From NCBI GenBank assembly GCA_963765495.1, contig CAVXWP010000013.1, positions 96,001 through 160,000 of the forward strand: 64,000 bases of DNA, given 5' to 3'. The notes under the pieces are model-generated. The model was not told the DNA's origin. It ran no database searches and saw only the letters and a program-made list of their open reading frames with translations. Positions within the stretch are counted from its first letter, which is position 1; every line of letters starts with the position of its first letter. Position numbers and translations under genes: made by a program. Of the stretch, positions 28,277 to 38,220 are shown piece after piece. This DNA is from Blastocatellia bacterium. Lineage in GTDB: Bacteria; Acidobacteriota; Blastocatellia; UBA7656.

Positions 28277-29764
28277 ATGCTGGATGATTACAGGCGCGAA
28301 TACACCGATTTCAATTCCGCGTTGATGCGTGAATACTACCTGTTTTATTCGGGACAAAAGGTTGAATTAACGATAGCGCCGATATTTGAGCGTTACAGCG
28401 ATCTGTTCACGAAGGATTCGATAGCGAGGCTCAAGCAATCGCTTGATGAAACGTCGGATCACTTCGAAACTGATCGCGCTGGAATAAATCATTTCCTGAT
28501 CTTTGCGATGGATATATATCTTGCGAACTCGGTTAAGGAGTTGACCGAACAGATCAGCGATATGGAAGCCGGCGCAACTGTCGAATGGATGGATCGAAAG
28601 ATTACCTTTCAGGATTTGATGGGTGTCATCAAAAACGAAGCGGATCGCCCTTCTCGCCGCGAGATTTACAGATTGAGGCTTGCCGTCATCGACTCCTCGA
28701 ACGACCTCAGGGCCGAACGACTCACGCGCCTGCACGAAGGCGCTCGCTCGCTCGGTTACAGCAGTTACACGAAGCTTTATGAGGAGCTATTCAATCTGGA
28801 TTATCGAGCGTTAGCCGAAGCGAGCAAGTCACTGCTCGCGCGCACGGAGGCGGTTTATATCGCGCGGCTCGATGAAGTGGTCCGGCGCTCGCTCGGCATC
28901 ACAGTAGAAGAGGCCGAGCGGTCCGATGCCATGTACTTTCTGCATCTGAACGAATACGACGACCGATTCCCTGCCGACAATTTGTTGCAGGTCTATCGCG
29001 ATACTATGCTCGGGCTGGGGATTGATGTAGACCAGCAGAAAAACATAACCATCGACAGCGAGCCGCGCCCGCGAAAGAACCCGCGAGCCTTCTGTATGCC
29101 TATCACTATTCCGACAGATGTGCGGCTTGTATTACGGCCTATGGGGGGGCAGGCGGATTACCAGGCACTGCTGCACGAAGGAGGACACGCGCAACATTAC
29201 GGGTGGGCTTCGGACGGCTTGCGCCCTGAATTCAAGTACACAGGCGATTACGCGCTCACCGAAACTTACGCATTTTTGTTCAATAACCTGATTTCAGACC
29301 GCGCCTGGCTCGGCCAGTTTCTGAACCTCCGCGACAACGACGAATTTATTCGCTCGGTAATGCTCTCTCGGCTCGTGACGATACGCCGGTACACGGCCAA
29401 GCTGATTTACGAACGCGAACTTCACGAATCCGACGATCTTGGCAAAGCTCCCGCTTTTTACTCTGAGCAACTGACCAGCGCGACTTTTTTTAATACCGAG
29501 CCGACCGAGTTTCTCTCCGACCTCGACGATTCGTTTTATGCAGCCAGTTACCTGCGCGCCTGGGCCTTTGAAGTTGCCTTGCGCGAGCATTTGAAGGAGC
29601 GATTTGGCTCATCGTGGTGGAATTCGCACCGGGCCGGTAATTTCCTCAAAGAGATATGGGAGACAGGCGACCGCTACACGGCTGATGAAATGGCCGGGCA
29701 AATCGGTCTCGGCCCCATCGCATTCGACCTTTTGACAGACGAATTGAACCGGGCTTTGAAATAA
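28277..29764 (+). CDS. M3/M2-like gluzincin metallopeptidase
   Basis: RPRKNPRAFC, LLHEGGHAQH and a downstream ETYA. Confidence 0.7.
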   Translation: MLDDYRREYTDFNSALMREYYLFYSGQKVELTIAPIFERYSDLFTKDSIARLKQSLDETSDHFETDRAGINHFLIFAMDIYLANSVKELTEQISDMEAGATVEWMDRKITFQDLMGVIKNEADRPSRREIYRLRLAVIDSSNDLRAERLTRLHEGARSLGYSSYTKLYEELFNLDYRALAEASKSLLARTEAVYIARLDEVVRRSLGITVEEAERSDAMYFLHLNEYDDRFPADNLLQVYRDTMLGLGIDVDQQKNITIDSEPRPRKNPRAFCMPITIPTDVRLVLRPMGGQADYQALLHEGGHAQHYGWASDGLRPEFKYTGDYALTETYAFLFNNLISDRAWLGQFLNLRDNDEFIRSVMLSRLVTIRRYTAKLIYERELHESDDLGKAPAFYSEQLTSATFFNTEPTEFLSDLDDSFYAASYLRAWAFEVALREHLKERFGSSWWNSHRAGNFLKEIWETGDRYTADEMAGQIGLGPIAFDLLTDELNRALK

Positions 29765-29801
29765 ACAGGGGTTGAAATAAACAGGGGTTGAAATAAGAGG
29801 G
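29756..29801 (+). repeat. 16-bp tandem repeat x3 spanning a stop codon
   Basis: TTGAAATAAACAGGGG x2 plus a degenerate third copy. Confidence 0.9.
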
Positions 29802-29817
29802 CAGCGTAGTTTCTATT

Positions 29818-30909
29818 ATGCCGACGATCAATGTCAAACTCGGGGATCGCTCTTACCCAATCGAGATTGCCTCGGGGGCGCTTGCCTGTCTTGGCGCGCA
29901 CGCGCGCGCATCTCTCGGAGAGAAAGCCCGCCGCGCTGTCATAATAACCAATCCGGCGATAGACGGGCTTTACGGCAAACAGGTCACGCGCTCGCTTGCC
30001 CGCGCGGAGTTTCGCCCGCTCAAATTTCTGATAGGAGACGGCGAGCGTTTTAAGTCTCTTCGCACAGCCGAATCGCTTTACACATTTTTGATCGAGCAGC
30101 ACATCGAACGTTCCGATGTGATAGTCGCGCTTGGCGGAGGCGTAACCGGCGATGTGGCGGGATTTGTCGCCGCTACCTATTTGAGAGGCATACGCTTTAT
30201 TCAGGTTCCCACCACGCTGCTTGCGCAAATAGACAGTTCGGTCGGCGGCAAGACGGGTGTCAACCATCCGCTGGGCAAAAATCTGATCGGCGCATTTCAT
30301 CAGCCAAGCCTTGTTGTGATAGACCCGGAAACGCTTGACACATTGCCCGCGCGCGAGATGAGCGCGGGCCTTTACGAAGCCATAAAGTACGGCGTGATAC
30401 GCGACCGCCGCCTGTTTACAAGAATCGCTCGCGACATAGAGGCGCTGAAGCGGTTAGACCCGGAAACGCTTTCATACCTGATAGCGCGTTGTTGCCGGAT
30501 AAAAGCCGATGTGGTCGCCCGCGACGAACGCGAAGGCGGGTTGCGGCGAATATTGAATTTCGGCCACACCGTAGGCCACGCGCTCGAAGCCGTAACCGGC
30601 TATCGCCGCTTCTATCACGGTGAAGCTGTCGGGCACGGAATGCGCGCCGCTTCCCTCATAGCCGAGCAGTTGAATTTACTCTCCTTAAAAGAGCGAAAGA
30701 CCATCGATGATGCCATTTTGAGAATAGGACGGCTGCCAAAAGCAAATAATCTTGCATTAGGTGATATAATTTCAGCGATGGATCGTGACAAGAAGGCCGA
30801 GGCCGGTCGCCTGGCTTTCGTGCTTCCGGTCGAGATTGGCCGGGTCGTGATCAGGTCTGATGTGCCCCTGCGAATTGTACGTTTAGCCCTCAAAGCTTCT
30901 CTGTCCTAG
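29818..30909 (+). CDS. aroB: 3-dehydroquinate synthase
   Basis: GGGVTGD, PTTLLAQIDSSVGGKTG, LNFGHT, HGEAV and DKK. Confidence 0.97.
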   Translation: MPTINVKLGDRSYPIEIASGALACLGAHARASLGEKARRAVIITNPAIDGLYGKQVTRSLARAEFRPLKFLIGDGERFKSLRTAESLYTFLIEQHIERSDVIVALGGGVTGDVAGFVAATYLRGIRFIQVPTTLLAQIDSSVGGKTGVNHPLGKNLIGAFHQPSLVVIDPETLDTLPAREMSAGLYEAIKYGVIRDRRLFTRIARDIEALKRLDPETLSYLIARCCRIKADVVARDEREGGLRRILNFGHTVGHALEAVTGYRRFYHGEAVGHGMRAASLIAEQLNLLSLKERKTIDDAILRIGRLPKANNLALGDIISAMDRDKKAEAGRLAFVLPVEIGRVVIRSDVPLRIVRLALKASLS

Positions 30910-30959
30910 CCGTCCCCTCAAGGCAGAGAGTGTTCAGCAAGTAATCTGGAGAGACCGTC

Positions 30960-31340
30960 ATGAATAATTCAACAGATACAGGCGCTCGCACAGGCGAGCG
31001 CGGAGCAGTGCGCATAAAAACGCTGCTGATCTTTACGCTGTTGGCTGTCGCTACATTCGCATTGATAAAGATTGCACCCGTCTATGTCGAAGAGCGGCAG
31101 ATGACACACGAAGTTGATGAGATGGCTCGCGTCGCCGCAATTCGCAGTTATAAGGAAGAGAAGATCAACAAGGATATCGAGAAACTGCGCAGAGATTATG
31201 ATATGCCGGAGTCTGCCGTGAATCTCGACCTTCGCGAGAACGGCGTGCGCATTATCGTGAATTACAACAGGACTATTGATTTTCTGGTAACAACCTACAC
31301 CTGGCACATAGACCACACTGCCGTAGGCAAAGAACTCTAA
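30960..31340 (+). CDS. DUF4845-like membrane-anchored protein
   Basis: ERG followed by a single N-terminal TM helix ending ...KIAPVY. Confidence 0.6.
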   Translation: MNNSTDTGARTGERGAVRIKTLLIFTLLAVATFALIKIAPVYVEERQMTHEVDEMARVAAIRSYKEEKINKDIEKLRRDYDMPESAVNLDLRENGVRIIVNYNRTIDFLVTTYTWHIDHTAVGKEL

Positions 31341-31490
31341 GGCAGTAGGCAGTAGGCAGACGATCAAGACCAAAGCAACAAGCCCGGGAACAGCAAACCA
31401 AGATATGGATATGAGTAGTTGGTATCCGCTTCCGGCACTAATAACTGCCTACTGCCTACTGCTTACTGCTTACTGCCTACTGACCACTGC
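31341..31490. repeat. Heptamer hairpin (GGCAGTA)n ... (CTGCCTA)n
   Basis: Left arm 31341-31359 starts at a stop codon; right arm 31445-31490. Confidence 0.85.
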
Positions 31491-31565
31491 CCGGCGCGCG
31501 TTGACTCCGTACAGAGCGCGACTCTATGATCTTTAGTAGCAGTCATTATTTCAAGGAGCCACGCT

Positions 31566-34500
31566 GTGCAAGGATTAAAGATCATACGCTTCATTGTCTC
31601 TGTCTCTCTTCTCGTAACCACCCTGTTGCCCGGAGCAGGAAACGCGCAAAGCGGACGGGGACGCCCCAGAGTTTCCGACCGCGAATCAGCGCCACCGCCG
31701 CCGCCGCCCGTGAAAGTGCCCGAAGCCACCGCAGTCGTCAGGAAAGCGCAATCGGGCGAAACGTCGCGATTCGTGCTGGCCAACGGCATGACGGTAATCA
31801 TCAGCGAACAGCACGCCACCCCGCTCGCATCTGCTGTAGCCTATTTCAAGACAGGCACAACCTCGGGCGCTGATAATTCAAGCGGCCTCGCGCGCCTGCT
31901 CCAGGAGATGATCTTTGAAGGCACACCGACCCGCCCGCAGGGCCGCATAACAAGCGACATACGCGCTCTGGGAGGATATATCGGCGCAGATACCCGGCCC
32001 GCCGGAACGGCTTTTTATACCCTCGTGCCGTCTGGAAAGATCGTTGACGGCCTGACCATCCAGGCCGATATGATTCAAAATGCTTCTCTCCCGGCCGAGG
32101 CTTTGAACCGCGTGTCCTCTTTGCCTGAAAGATTCGATAGCCGCTTAACAAACTTAATCACGGAAGGTGAAGGCGAAAGCCATACTCTCGATCTCACGAA
32201 ATATGATGACCCTGCGTCTTACGCTATGGATCAGCTTTACAGAATCGCTTTTGATCGCAATCGGGCCGTCGAGGGTCGGGGAGGGCGCTTGATCACTCGC
32301 GATCAGATCGTTGAGTTTTACAAGACGCATTACCGACCCGAAAACCTTGTCATCTCCGTTGTGGGCGATGTGAGCACTTTTAACACTCTGATCGAGATCG
32401 AAAAACTCTACGCCACCTTTAAGCCGGAGGCTGCTGATAAGGAAACGGCCGGTACTGTAAAGAAACCGGTTGCAAATAAACAATCTGCAAAGATCGAGCA
32501 AAAGAGACCGGCCGCGCCCGTGGCAGTCAAACCGGCTGCAATCCCGGTTACTCAGAAGGGCGACTCAAAGCCGGAAGGCGAGCCGTCAACCTCCGCAACA
32601 GAAGTGCGCGAGCAGGTGCCGGTCGGTCCGAGGCTCCGCTATGGAGCGGATCGCGGAGATATAAGCCAGTCAATCGTAACCCTTGGATTTGAAACGGTGG
32701 GAATGAACTCAAAGGAGTGGCCCGCCATAGAAGTGCTGGCCGCGCTCCTTGGTCGAGGGCGCGGGTCGCGCATGCATGGCGCGCTGGTTGACGGATTACA
32801 GGTAGCAAGTCGCGTCGAGGCAAATTATCTGCCGTTGCCTGATAAGGGGTTGCTTATCACGCAAATCTGGTCGCCTCCCGATTTGATTGATAAGGCGGAA
32901 TCGGCTTTCTTCCGAGAGGCGGATTTGCTCAGACGCGAGTTTCCGGGCGAAGGCGAACTGGCGCGGGCAAAAGTGATGCTCGAAAAGAGCTTTGTAGATC
33001 GGACAGGAACATACCCGGGCCGTGCGCTTGCGCTTGCTCGCGCAGAAGCCCTGACGGGCGATTACGATGCGGTGGTAAATTATCGAAATCGCATTCGCGC
33101 TGTCACGGGTCAGGACGTGCAGCAGGTCGCTGCCAAATACCTTATGCTCACATCCACATCCGTGCACGAGTATGAGCCCCGCTCGGCACCCGCGCGCACA
33201 TTCGATGCGGAGAGTTTCGCTGCGACCGTACGAGCATGGGCCGCCGGGTTTGCTCAACCCGAAGGCGATATAAAGGTAGCCGCAACGTCCGATGATCCGC
33301 GCCTTCCGGCAGCAAAACAGGGCGACGAGCGGCCCGCGCAGGAGCAAGCCATGCTTGCGTCGATGAAGCCGCTTGAGGTCAGAGATTTTTCCACGTTAAA
33401 CGGGCCGCGTGCGTTTGTGCGCGAAGACCACACCCAGCCAAAGGTGACTATTGCCATTCTGTTTCAAGGCGGTCGCCTGACCGAAGATGAAACCACAAGC
33501 GGGACTACCGAATTGATGCTGCGCTCAATGCTTTACGGTACAGCGCGCCGCCCCTACGCGCAGGTGGTAAACGACCTTGAGCAACTGGGCGCGGAGATCG
33601 ATGTTCTGGTTGAGCCGGATTACGCCGGGTTGGTGCTGAGCGTGCTCGCGCGCAACAGCGAGCGCGCGCTCAAGATCGTGCGCGACATCATCGAAGATGC
33701 GGCATTCAGAGATGACGATATAATGCGCGCGCGCGCCGTGCAGATAGGGCTGATACGCGAATCGAGCGATTCAAGCACAGCGCGAACGAAAGAGATGCTC
33801 TTTCAGTCGCTTTTCCCCGGCCATCCCTATGCGTTTCCTTCGCACGGGCGCGAGCAGGTGCTTGCCGCTCTCGACAGGGATAAGCTCTTGAAGTGGCACG
33901 AGCAGACCATAAATCGCCAGCTTCCGCTTTTCATCATCGTAGGCGATACGGATGGTTCGGCCCTTGTCTCAAGCGTGATAGCCAGCGGATTCAAGCGGCG
34001 CGAGGTTGACGATTCAATAAAGGTCAAAATTCCGCAAGCGCCAAAAACGGGTGAGAAGATCGAGCAGCGCCCGCGCAGTCAGACAATACTCGCGCTCGGG
34101 TCGGCGGGACCGAAAGGGGATAGTGATGACCTGATAGCAATGGATGTGATCGAAGCGGCGATGAATGGGCGGGGCGGGCGATTGCTGGGAGCATCAGGTG
34201 ACAGGCAGGATATCATCTCTTCGGCTCAACTCGACAATCAGGCGTGGTTTGCTGCCGGAGCCGTTTACGCATACGCGGTTGTCACGCCTGGAAATGAATC
34301 GCGCGCGCGGGCCGAACTGAGCGCGGAGTTTGAGCGCGTATCAAGCAATGGGCTGACCGAGCAGGAACTGGCCGCAGCGCAATCGAGAGCAGCCTTGCTC
34401 GATCTGGCAATGTTGCAATCGCAGGCAACGCACGCGCTCCGTTACGCCGACTCAATCTATTACAAGAAAGAGGCTGCAAGAGTCGACAATTATGCCGACC

Positions 34501-34655
34501 GCGTATCGAAGGTGACCGCCTCAGATATCAAGCGCGTCGCGACTGCTTACTTAAAACCTTCGTCGCTTTTTGTATGTATGCTTCGCGGCACGCCTCCACC
34601 GGCCGAGCGCCCCGCGATAAAGCAGGACGAATCAACCAACAAGCCGCCAAAATGA
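31566..34655 (+). CDS. Exported M16 (pitrilysin)-family protein lacking HxxEH
   Basis: Signal peptide; two M16 halves (LANGMTVII, FYKTHYRPEN.VISVVGD, HPYAFP.HG); the motif position reads RLLQE. Confidence 0.8.
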   Translation: MQGLKIIRFIVSVSLLVTTLLPGAGNAQSGRGRPRVSDRESAPPPPPPVKVPEATAVVRKAQSGETSRFVLANGMTVIISEQHATPLASAVAYFKTGTTSGADNSSGLARLLQEMIFEGTPTRPQGRITSDIRALGGYIGADTRPAGTAFYTLVPSGKIVDGLTIQADMIQNASLPAEALNRVSSLPERFDSRLTNLITEGEGESHTLDLTKYDDPASYAMDQLYRIAFDRNRAVEGRGGRLITRDQIVEFYKTHYRPENLVISVVGDVSTFNTLIEIEKLYATFKPEAADKETAGTVKKPVANKQSAKIEQKRPAAPVAVKPAAIPVTQKGDSKPEGEPSTSATEVREQVPVGPRLRYGADRGDISQSIVTLGFETVGMNSKEWPAIEVLAALLGRGRGSRMHGALVDGLQVASRVEANYLPLPDKGLLITQIWSPPDLIDKAESAFFREADLLRREFPGEGELARAKVMLEKSFVDRTGTYPGRALALARAEALTGDYDAVVNYRNRIRAVTGQDVQQVAAKYLMLTSTSVHEYEPRSAPARTFDAESFAATVRAWAAGFAQPEGDIKVAATSDDPRLPAAKQGDERPAQEQAMLASMKPLEVRDFSTLNGPRAFVREDHTQPKVTIAILFQGGRLTEDETTSGTTELMLRSMLYGTARRPYAQVVNDLEQLGAEIDVLVEPDYAGLVLSVLARNSERALKIVRDIIEDAAFRDDDIMRARAVQIGLIRESSDSSTARTKEMLFQSLFPGHPYAFPSHGREQVLAALDRDKLLKWHEQTINRQLPLFIIVGDTDGSALVSSVIASGFKRREVDDSIKVKIPQAPKTGEKIEQRPRSQTILALGSAGPKGDSDDLIAMDVIEAAMNGRGGRLLGASGDRQDIISSAQLDNQAWFAAGAVYAYAVVTPGNESRARAELSAEFERVSSNGLTEQELAAAQSRAALLDLAMLQSQATHALRYADSIYYKKEAARVDNYADRVSKVTASDIKRVATAYLKPSSLFVCMLRGTPPPAERPAIKQDESTNKPPK

Positions 34656-34667
34656 GAAGCGCCGGTC

Positions 34668-34752
34668 GCGTGATGCGTGACACATAATACGTGAAGTTTT
34701 CTGCTATCTCCGGTCACGCATCACGTATCACGTATCAAATTACACACGTATC
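34668..34752. repeat. Heptamer hairpin (GCGTGAT)n ... (TCACG[C/T]A)n between convergent genes
   Basis: Same repeat unit as 3175-3268. Confidence 0.8.
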
Positions 34753-34768
34753 CATTTACGTTTGCCGT

Positions 34769-37699
34769 CTATCGACTGGTTATCACCTGAGCCGCGTTCG
34801 GAGTGTTGAGCCTCGACACAAGGCTCGGATCTCCCACTATGATTACAAGAGTCTTGCCGTCTTCGGCCACCTGACAGGTAACCTTCGCGCTCAGATCGAC
34901 CACGATTCGCACCACATCTCCTCCGGGGCTTCCGACTCGCACTCGCTCGACCGAGGCCGCGTCGATGTCTATGCTCTTGCTGCCGAAATTATGCGTTACA
35001 CCCAGCACATCAACTACGATGCGTGAAGGTTCGGCGAGCGAGAAGGCCTTGAATCTGGCCTGACCATCCGCGTCGATGAATATGCGAAGAACCCCGCCGC
35101 TTATCTGTGTACGCACGGCAGAGATCACAGTCGCGGGCTTCAATGAAACGCCGCTTGCTCCACCCGTAGTCACGGTGCGAGAGGATGAAGCGGACGAATT
35201 ATCTTCGAGTCTTAAAACCGGCTCCGGGATCGGCTCGGGTCTGCGGCGGCGCGGCGCGCGCCCGGGCGGACGAGAGGTATCCAAAGGTGCGGGCTGCTCT
35301 CCGAATAAGACTCGTGGAGATGATCCGGGGGCGCAGGTCTTCAGTTGCTGTATCGCGTCAATGCTTGTGCCCTCGGGTAGAATCCAGAATTCAACCCTGC
35401 GATTGAGCTTCGGATCGCCCAGTTCCTGCGGGCAGGTATCGCCGAAATTACGGATGGTTATGCGACTCCGGTCAACTAGTCTTTCATTCACAAGATAATC
35501 GCTCGAGTTGTTGGCTCGCGTAAGCGATATTCCCACCCGTTCCGATGAATCGCGATGGCCGTCGATTACGAGTTGCGACCGGGGGTCCTGCTGCAACCGG
35601 AGCGCGACTTCATCAAGACAGGCCTTGTGCTCGTTGTTGATCCTCGATGAATTGAACGGGAAGAAGATCGGTCCGCACGGTATGACCGGTGGCTTTTCGA
35701 CAGGCGGCTGAAGCACCGACACCGTTACCGAGCAACTGCCCCCCGGACACGGCTGGTCGCAACGCGTTCTATCCGTAGACGCATCAACTCGAACCGTCAC
35801 TCTGCCCGACACGCCGGTCGTATTGAGCGTAACATCCGTTCCGGTATCGGAAGATAGCCTCCCGCCCGTTGTCGACCATCTGTATGAAAGATTGCTCGCC
35901 CCGGCTCCTCTCACACGCAAAGATACGCGCTCACCGGCCACGACTTCGGCAGGCGAAGCATTGATGTCGCAGGTGATGGTCGGACAGGGCGGTTCTGTGA
36001 CCTCGAAGGAGGTCGTGCAGGTTGTCTGGCCTGAGTTCGGGCAATCCGACGGGCAATCCACTTCGCTTATGCTTGCCGTCACGGATGTCGTTACGCTATA
36101 GCTGCCGCAAGCTAGCCGTGCCGTAGGCACTTCGACCGATGCGCCCGCGCCGCTAAGGGCGACGGGCCGCCCCAGCGCGTCCCTGACATCCCATCTATAT
36201 TCGTAGGCAACTTTATTGTCGTTATAGCCAGGAGTGGTCGGATTCGTGGTCAGGACCAGTCGATCTCCGCGATTCACCTGCGCGGCAGATGTTTCGATAG
36301 AGCAACTCGGCACGGGAAGCGGCGGACACTGTTTGCGATTTCCTACAGAAAAGAAGCCCAGGAATCCGTGGCGGTCGCCTCTGTCTTCAAACCGCTGCTC
36401 CTTGGGGCGACACTCGATTCGAGGCTTTGGGGGCTTGGGCGGATGGCAATCCGGGTTCCACGCCTCGCAATCGTGATCGCCCCAATCGTCCGGCTTTTCG
36501 CCGGGGACCTCAAAGCATTCGAGCACCTGAAGCGTCTTATCGCCTATGTTGGACAGATTGTATCTGTAAGCGCCTCCAAACGAGATAGCGCCGTCCTTGA
36601 GGTAAAATCGCATGCCGAGAGTCAGATCGGTAGGATTGCTTCGAAACAGGCTTGGAGTTCCGCCCCCGACAAAGCGCGTGTGTGACAGATCGGCAATTAC
36701 TTCTACGTGCCGGTTGATGGCTATCGAGAGGCCCACATTCAGCAGCAATTTGTCTTGCAGATCAAGCGCCTTGACCCCCGCCTTTTCGATGTCTCCGGTA
36801 TGAATATATCCTACGTTTTCATAAAGCCTGAACCGTTTGGAACTGCTTTCCTGACCAAACATCAATATGGGACCGTATTCGAATTCGCCGTTTGTGCGCC
36901 CGCGCGCCCGCGCGCTATCGGTTCGCGATATAGGTAACTTTACATACCCGCCGACCGCAATACTGAACCAGTGAGTATTTGCGTCTCTGAGGCTGTATTT
37001 TGATCCCAGATAAACGTCGCCCGAGCCGTTGGAAGACTGACGCGACCCGACGACTGACCTTCCTAATCCATCAAAGCCTATAAAATCGACTTCGCCAAAA
37101 AACGGCAGATCGTTATAAAAGCCGGGCAGGTCTGAGATGATTGCCGGGCTGAGCCCTATCACGGGCGATGCGTTCGAGCCTCCGGGCGAGATTGCGCCCA
37201 CGGTCGTGAAGTTGATAGGGGTGCCGAATCTACCGACCGCGGGCAGTATCCCGCCATAGAGCGCGCCGGTGCCCGGATAAAATGCTGCGCCGCCGTTTCC
37301 TCCGATGGGAGGACCCAGCAGCACTACGGGATCGCCAAAAAATCGAGTCGCGCTGTACTGATATCCGCTCAGGAGGAAGGGGTTGCGCGAGGTTGTCTGC
37401 TGCCAGGTTATCCAGTCTACCCATACCTCCCACCTGTCGGTCAGTCCCAGAGTGAAATTGAAAGGGATCTGGTTTATGTCGAGGTCGCCGGGATCGCGGT
37501 CGAAGTTATTCCAGAAGACCGCCAGGTTGAATTCCCCCCTGCAAAGCGAGCGAGTCGAGAAAGTATTGAACAGCCCTGTGCCGCCCTGTACAGTAGGCGC
37601 TTTCTGCTGGTCGGCCAGATTTAGGGTCTGACCCTGAACCCCTCCCACCATGGCAAAAATCAACAATCCTAGAATTATTACCGGCTTAGCCGCTCTCAT
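34769..37699 (-). CDS. OmpA-family outer-membrane protein: putative barrel, Cys-rich Ig/PKD-like domains, OmpA_C and an AMIN-like domain
   Basis: Signal peptide; IFFPFNSSRI, IDGHRD, SLTRA and NRRVEF; C-terminal PSRIVVDV...VRVG...VRIVVDL (AMIN-like). Confidence 0.8.
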   Translation of the reverse strand: MRAAKPVIILGLLIFAMVGGVQGQTLNLADQQKAPTVQGGTGLFNTFSTRSLCRGEFNLAVFWNNFDRDPGDLDINQIPFNFTLGLTDRWEVWVDWITWQQTTSRNPFLLSGYQYSATRFFGDPVVLLGPPIGGNGGAAFYPGTGALYGGILPAVGRFGTPINFTTVGAISPGGSNASPVIGLSPAIISDLPGFYNDLPFFGEVDFIGFDGLGRSVVGSRQSSNGSGDVYLGSKYSLRDANTHWFSIAVGGYVKLPISRTDSARARGRTNGEFEYGPILMFGQESSSKRFRLYENVGYIHTGDIEKAGVKALDLQDKLLLNVGLSIAINRHVEVIADLSHTRFVGGGTPSLFRSNPTDLTLGMRFYLKDGAISFGGAYRYNLSNIGDKTLQVLECFEVPGEKPDDWGDHDCEAWNPDCHPPKPPKPRIECRPKEQRFEDRGDRHGFLGFFSVGNRKQCPPLPVPSCSIETSAAQVNRGDRLVLTTNPTTPGYNDNKVAYEYRWDVRDALGRPVALSGAGASVEVPTARLACGSYSVTTSVTASISEVDCPSDCPNSGQTTCTTSFEVTEPPCPTITCDINASPAEVVAGERVSLRVRGAGASNLSYRWSTTGGRLSSDTGTDVTLNTTGVSGRVTVRVDASTDRTRCDQPCPGGSCSVTVSVLQPPVEKPPVIPCGPIFFPFNSSRINNEHKACLDEVALRLQQDPRSQLVIDGHRDSSERVGISLTRANNSSDYLVNERLVDRSRITIRNFGDTCPQELGDPKLNRRVEFWILPEGTSIDAIQQLKTCAPGSSPRVLFGEQPAPLDTSRPPGRAPRRRRPEPIPEPVLRLEDNSSASSSRTVTTGGASGVSLKPATVISAVRTQISGGVLRIFIDADGQARFKAFSLAEPSRIVVDVLGVTHNFGSKSIDIDAASVERVRVGSPGGDVVRIVVDLSAKVTCQVAEDGKTLVIIVGDPSLVSRLNTPNAAQVITSR

Positions 37700-38046
37700 T
37701 TATTGCCTCCCGAAATATCCCCATCCCGACTTCACGATCAATCTATCCCCTGAGACCACACAAGGCGATTGGCGGCATCCGTTGACAAGTAGATGGGATC
37801 AAGTTTTAGCTCAAGCTTTTGTGTAGAGTCATTTTGCCCGACGCGCTTTATCGCAGACCCCTATCTCCACTGTGTCCACTCTCAACACAGCGCGGTTGGG
37901 CGTAAATAAAGGAATGAACTTGCTGCTCCTCACAACAGCGAAGCTCGGATCACCGGATTCTTATGTGTCTCGGCAGTCAGGGTGTTTGGCTGCTCTTATT
38001 TTACCCGGCGAGTCTCCGAAAACTAGCGGAAGCTTGATACCTGGAT

Positions 38047-38100
38047 TGTCACGTTAAGTCGTGACATAGCTGACTATACACTAAAAAACAGGCGAGTCAA
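38047..38100 (-). promoter_or_regulatory. Promoter with an adjacent palindromic operator
   Basis: TTGACT-16-TATAGT (38100-38073); TGTCACG-N6-CGTGACA (38047-38066) lies at the predicted TSS. Confidence 0.5.
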
Positions 38101-38157
38101 TCCCCCGAATGGGTAAGAAAAATGTGGACAAGACAGATCAAATTCAGCGCATCCCAG

Positions 38158-38198
38158 AAAAAAAGGCGGGGCGATCCGAAGATCATCCCGCCTTTTTT
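38158..38198 (-). terminator. Intrinsic (possibly bidirectional) terminator
   Basis: A-tract, GGCGGG..GATC-CGAA-GATC..CCCGCC stem-loop and T-tract, just after the 38221 stop. Confidence 0.85.
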
Positions 38199-38220
38199 GG
38201 CCTGGAGTTTTAGCTCAGGG

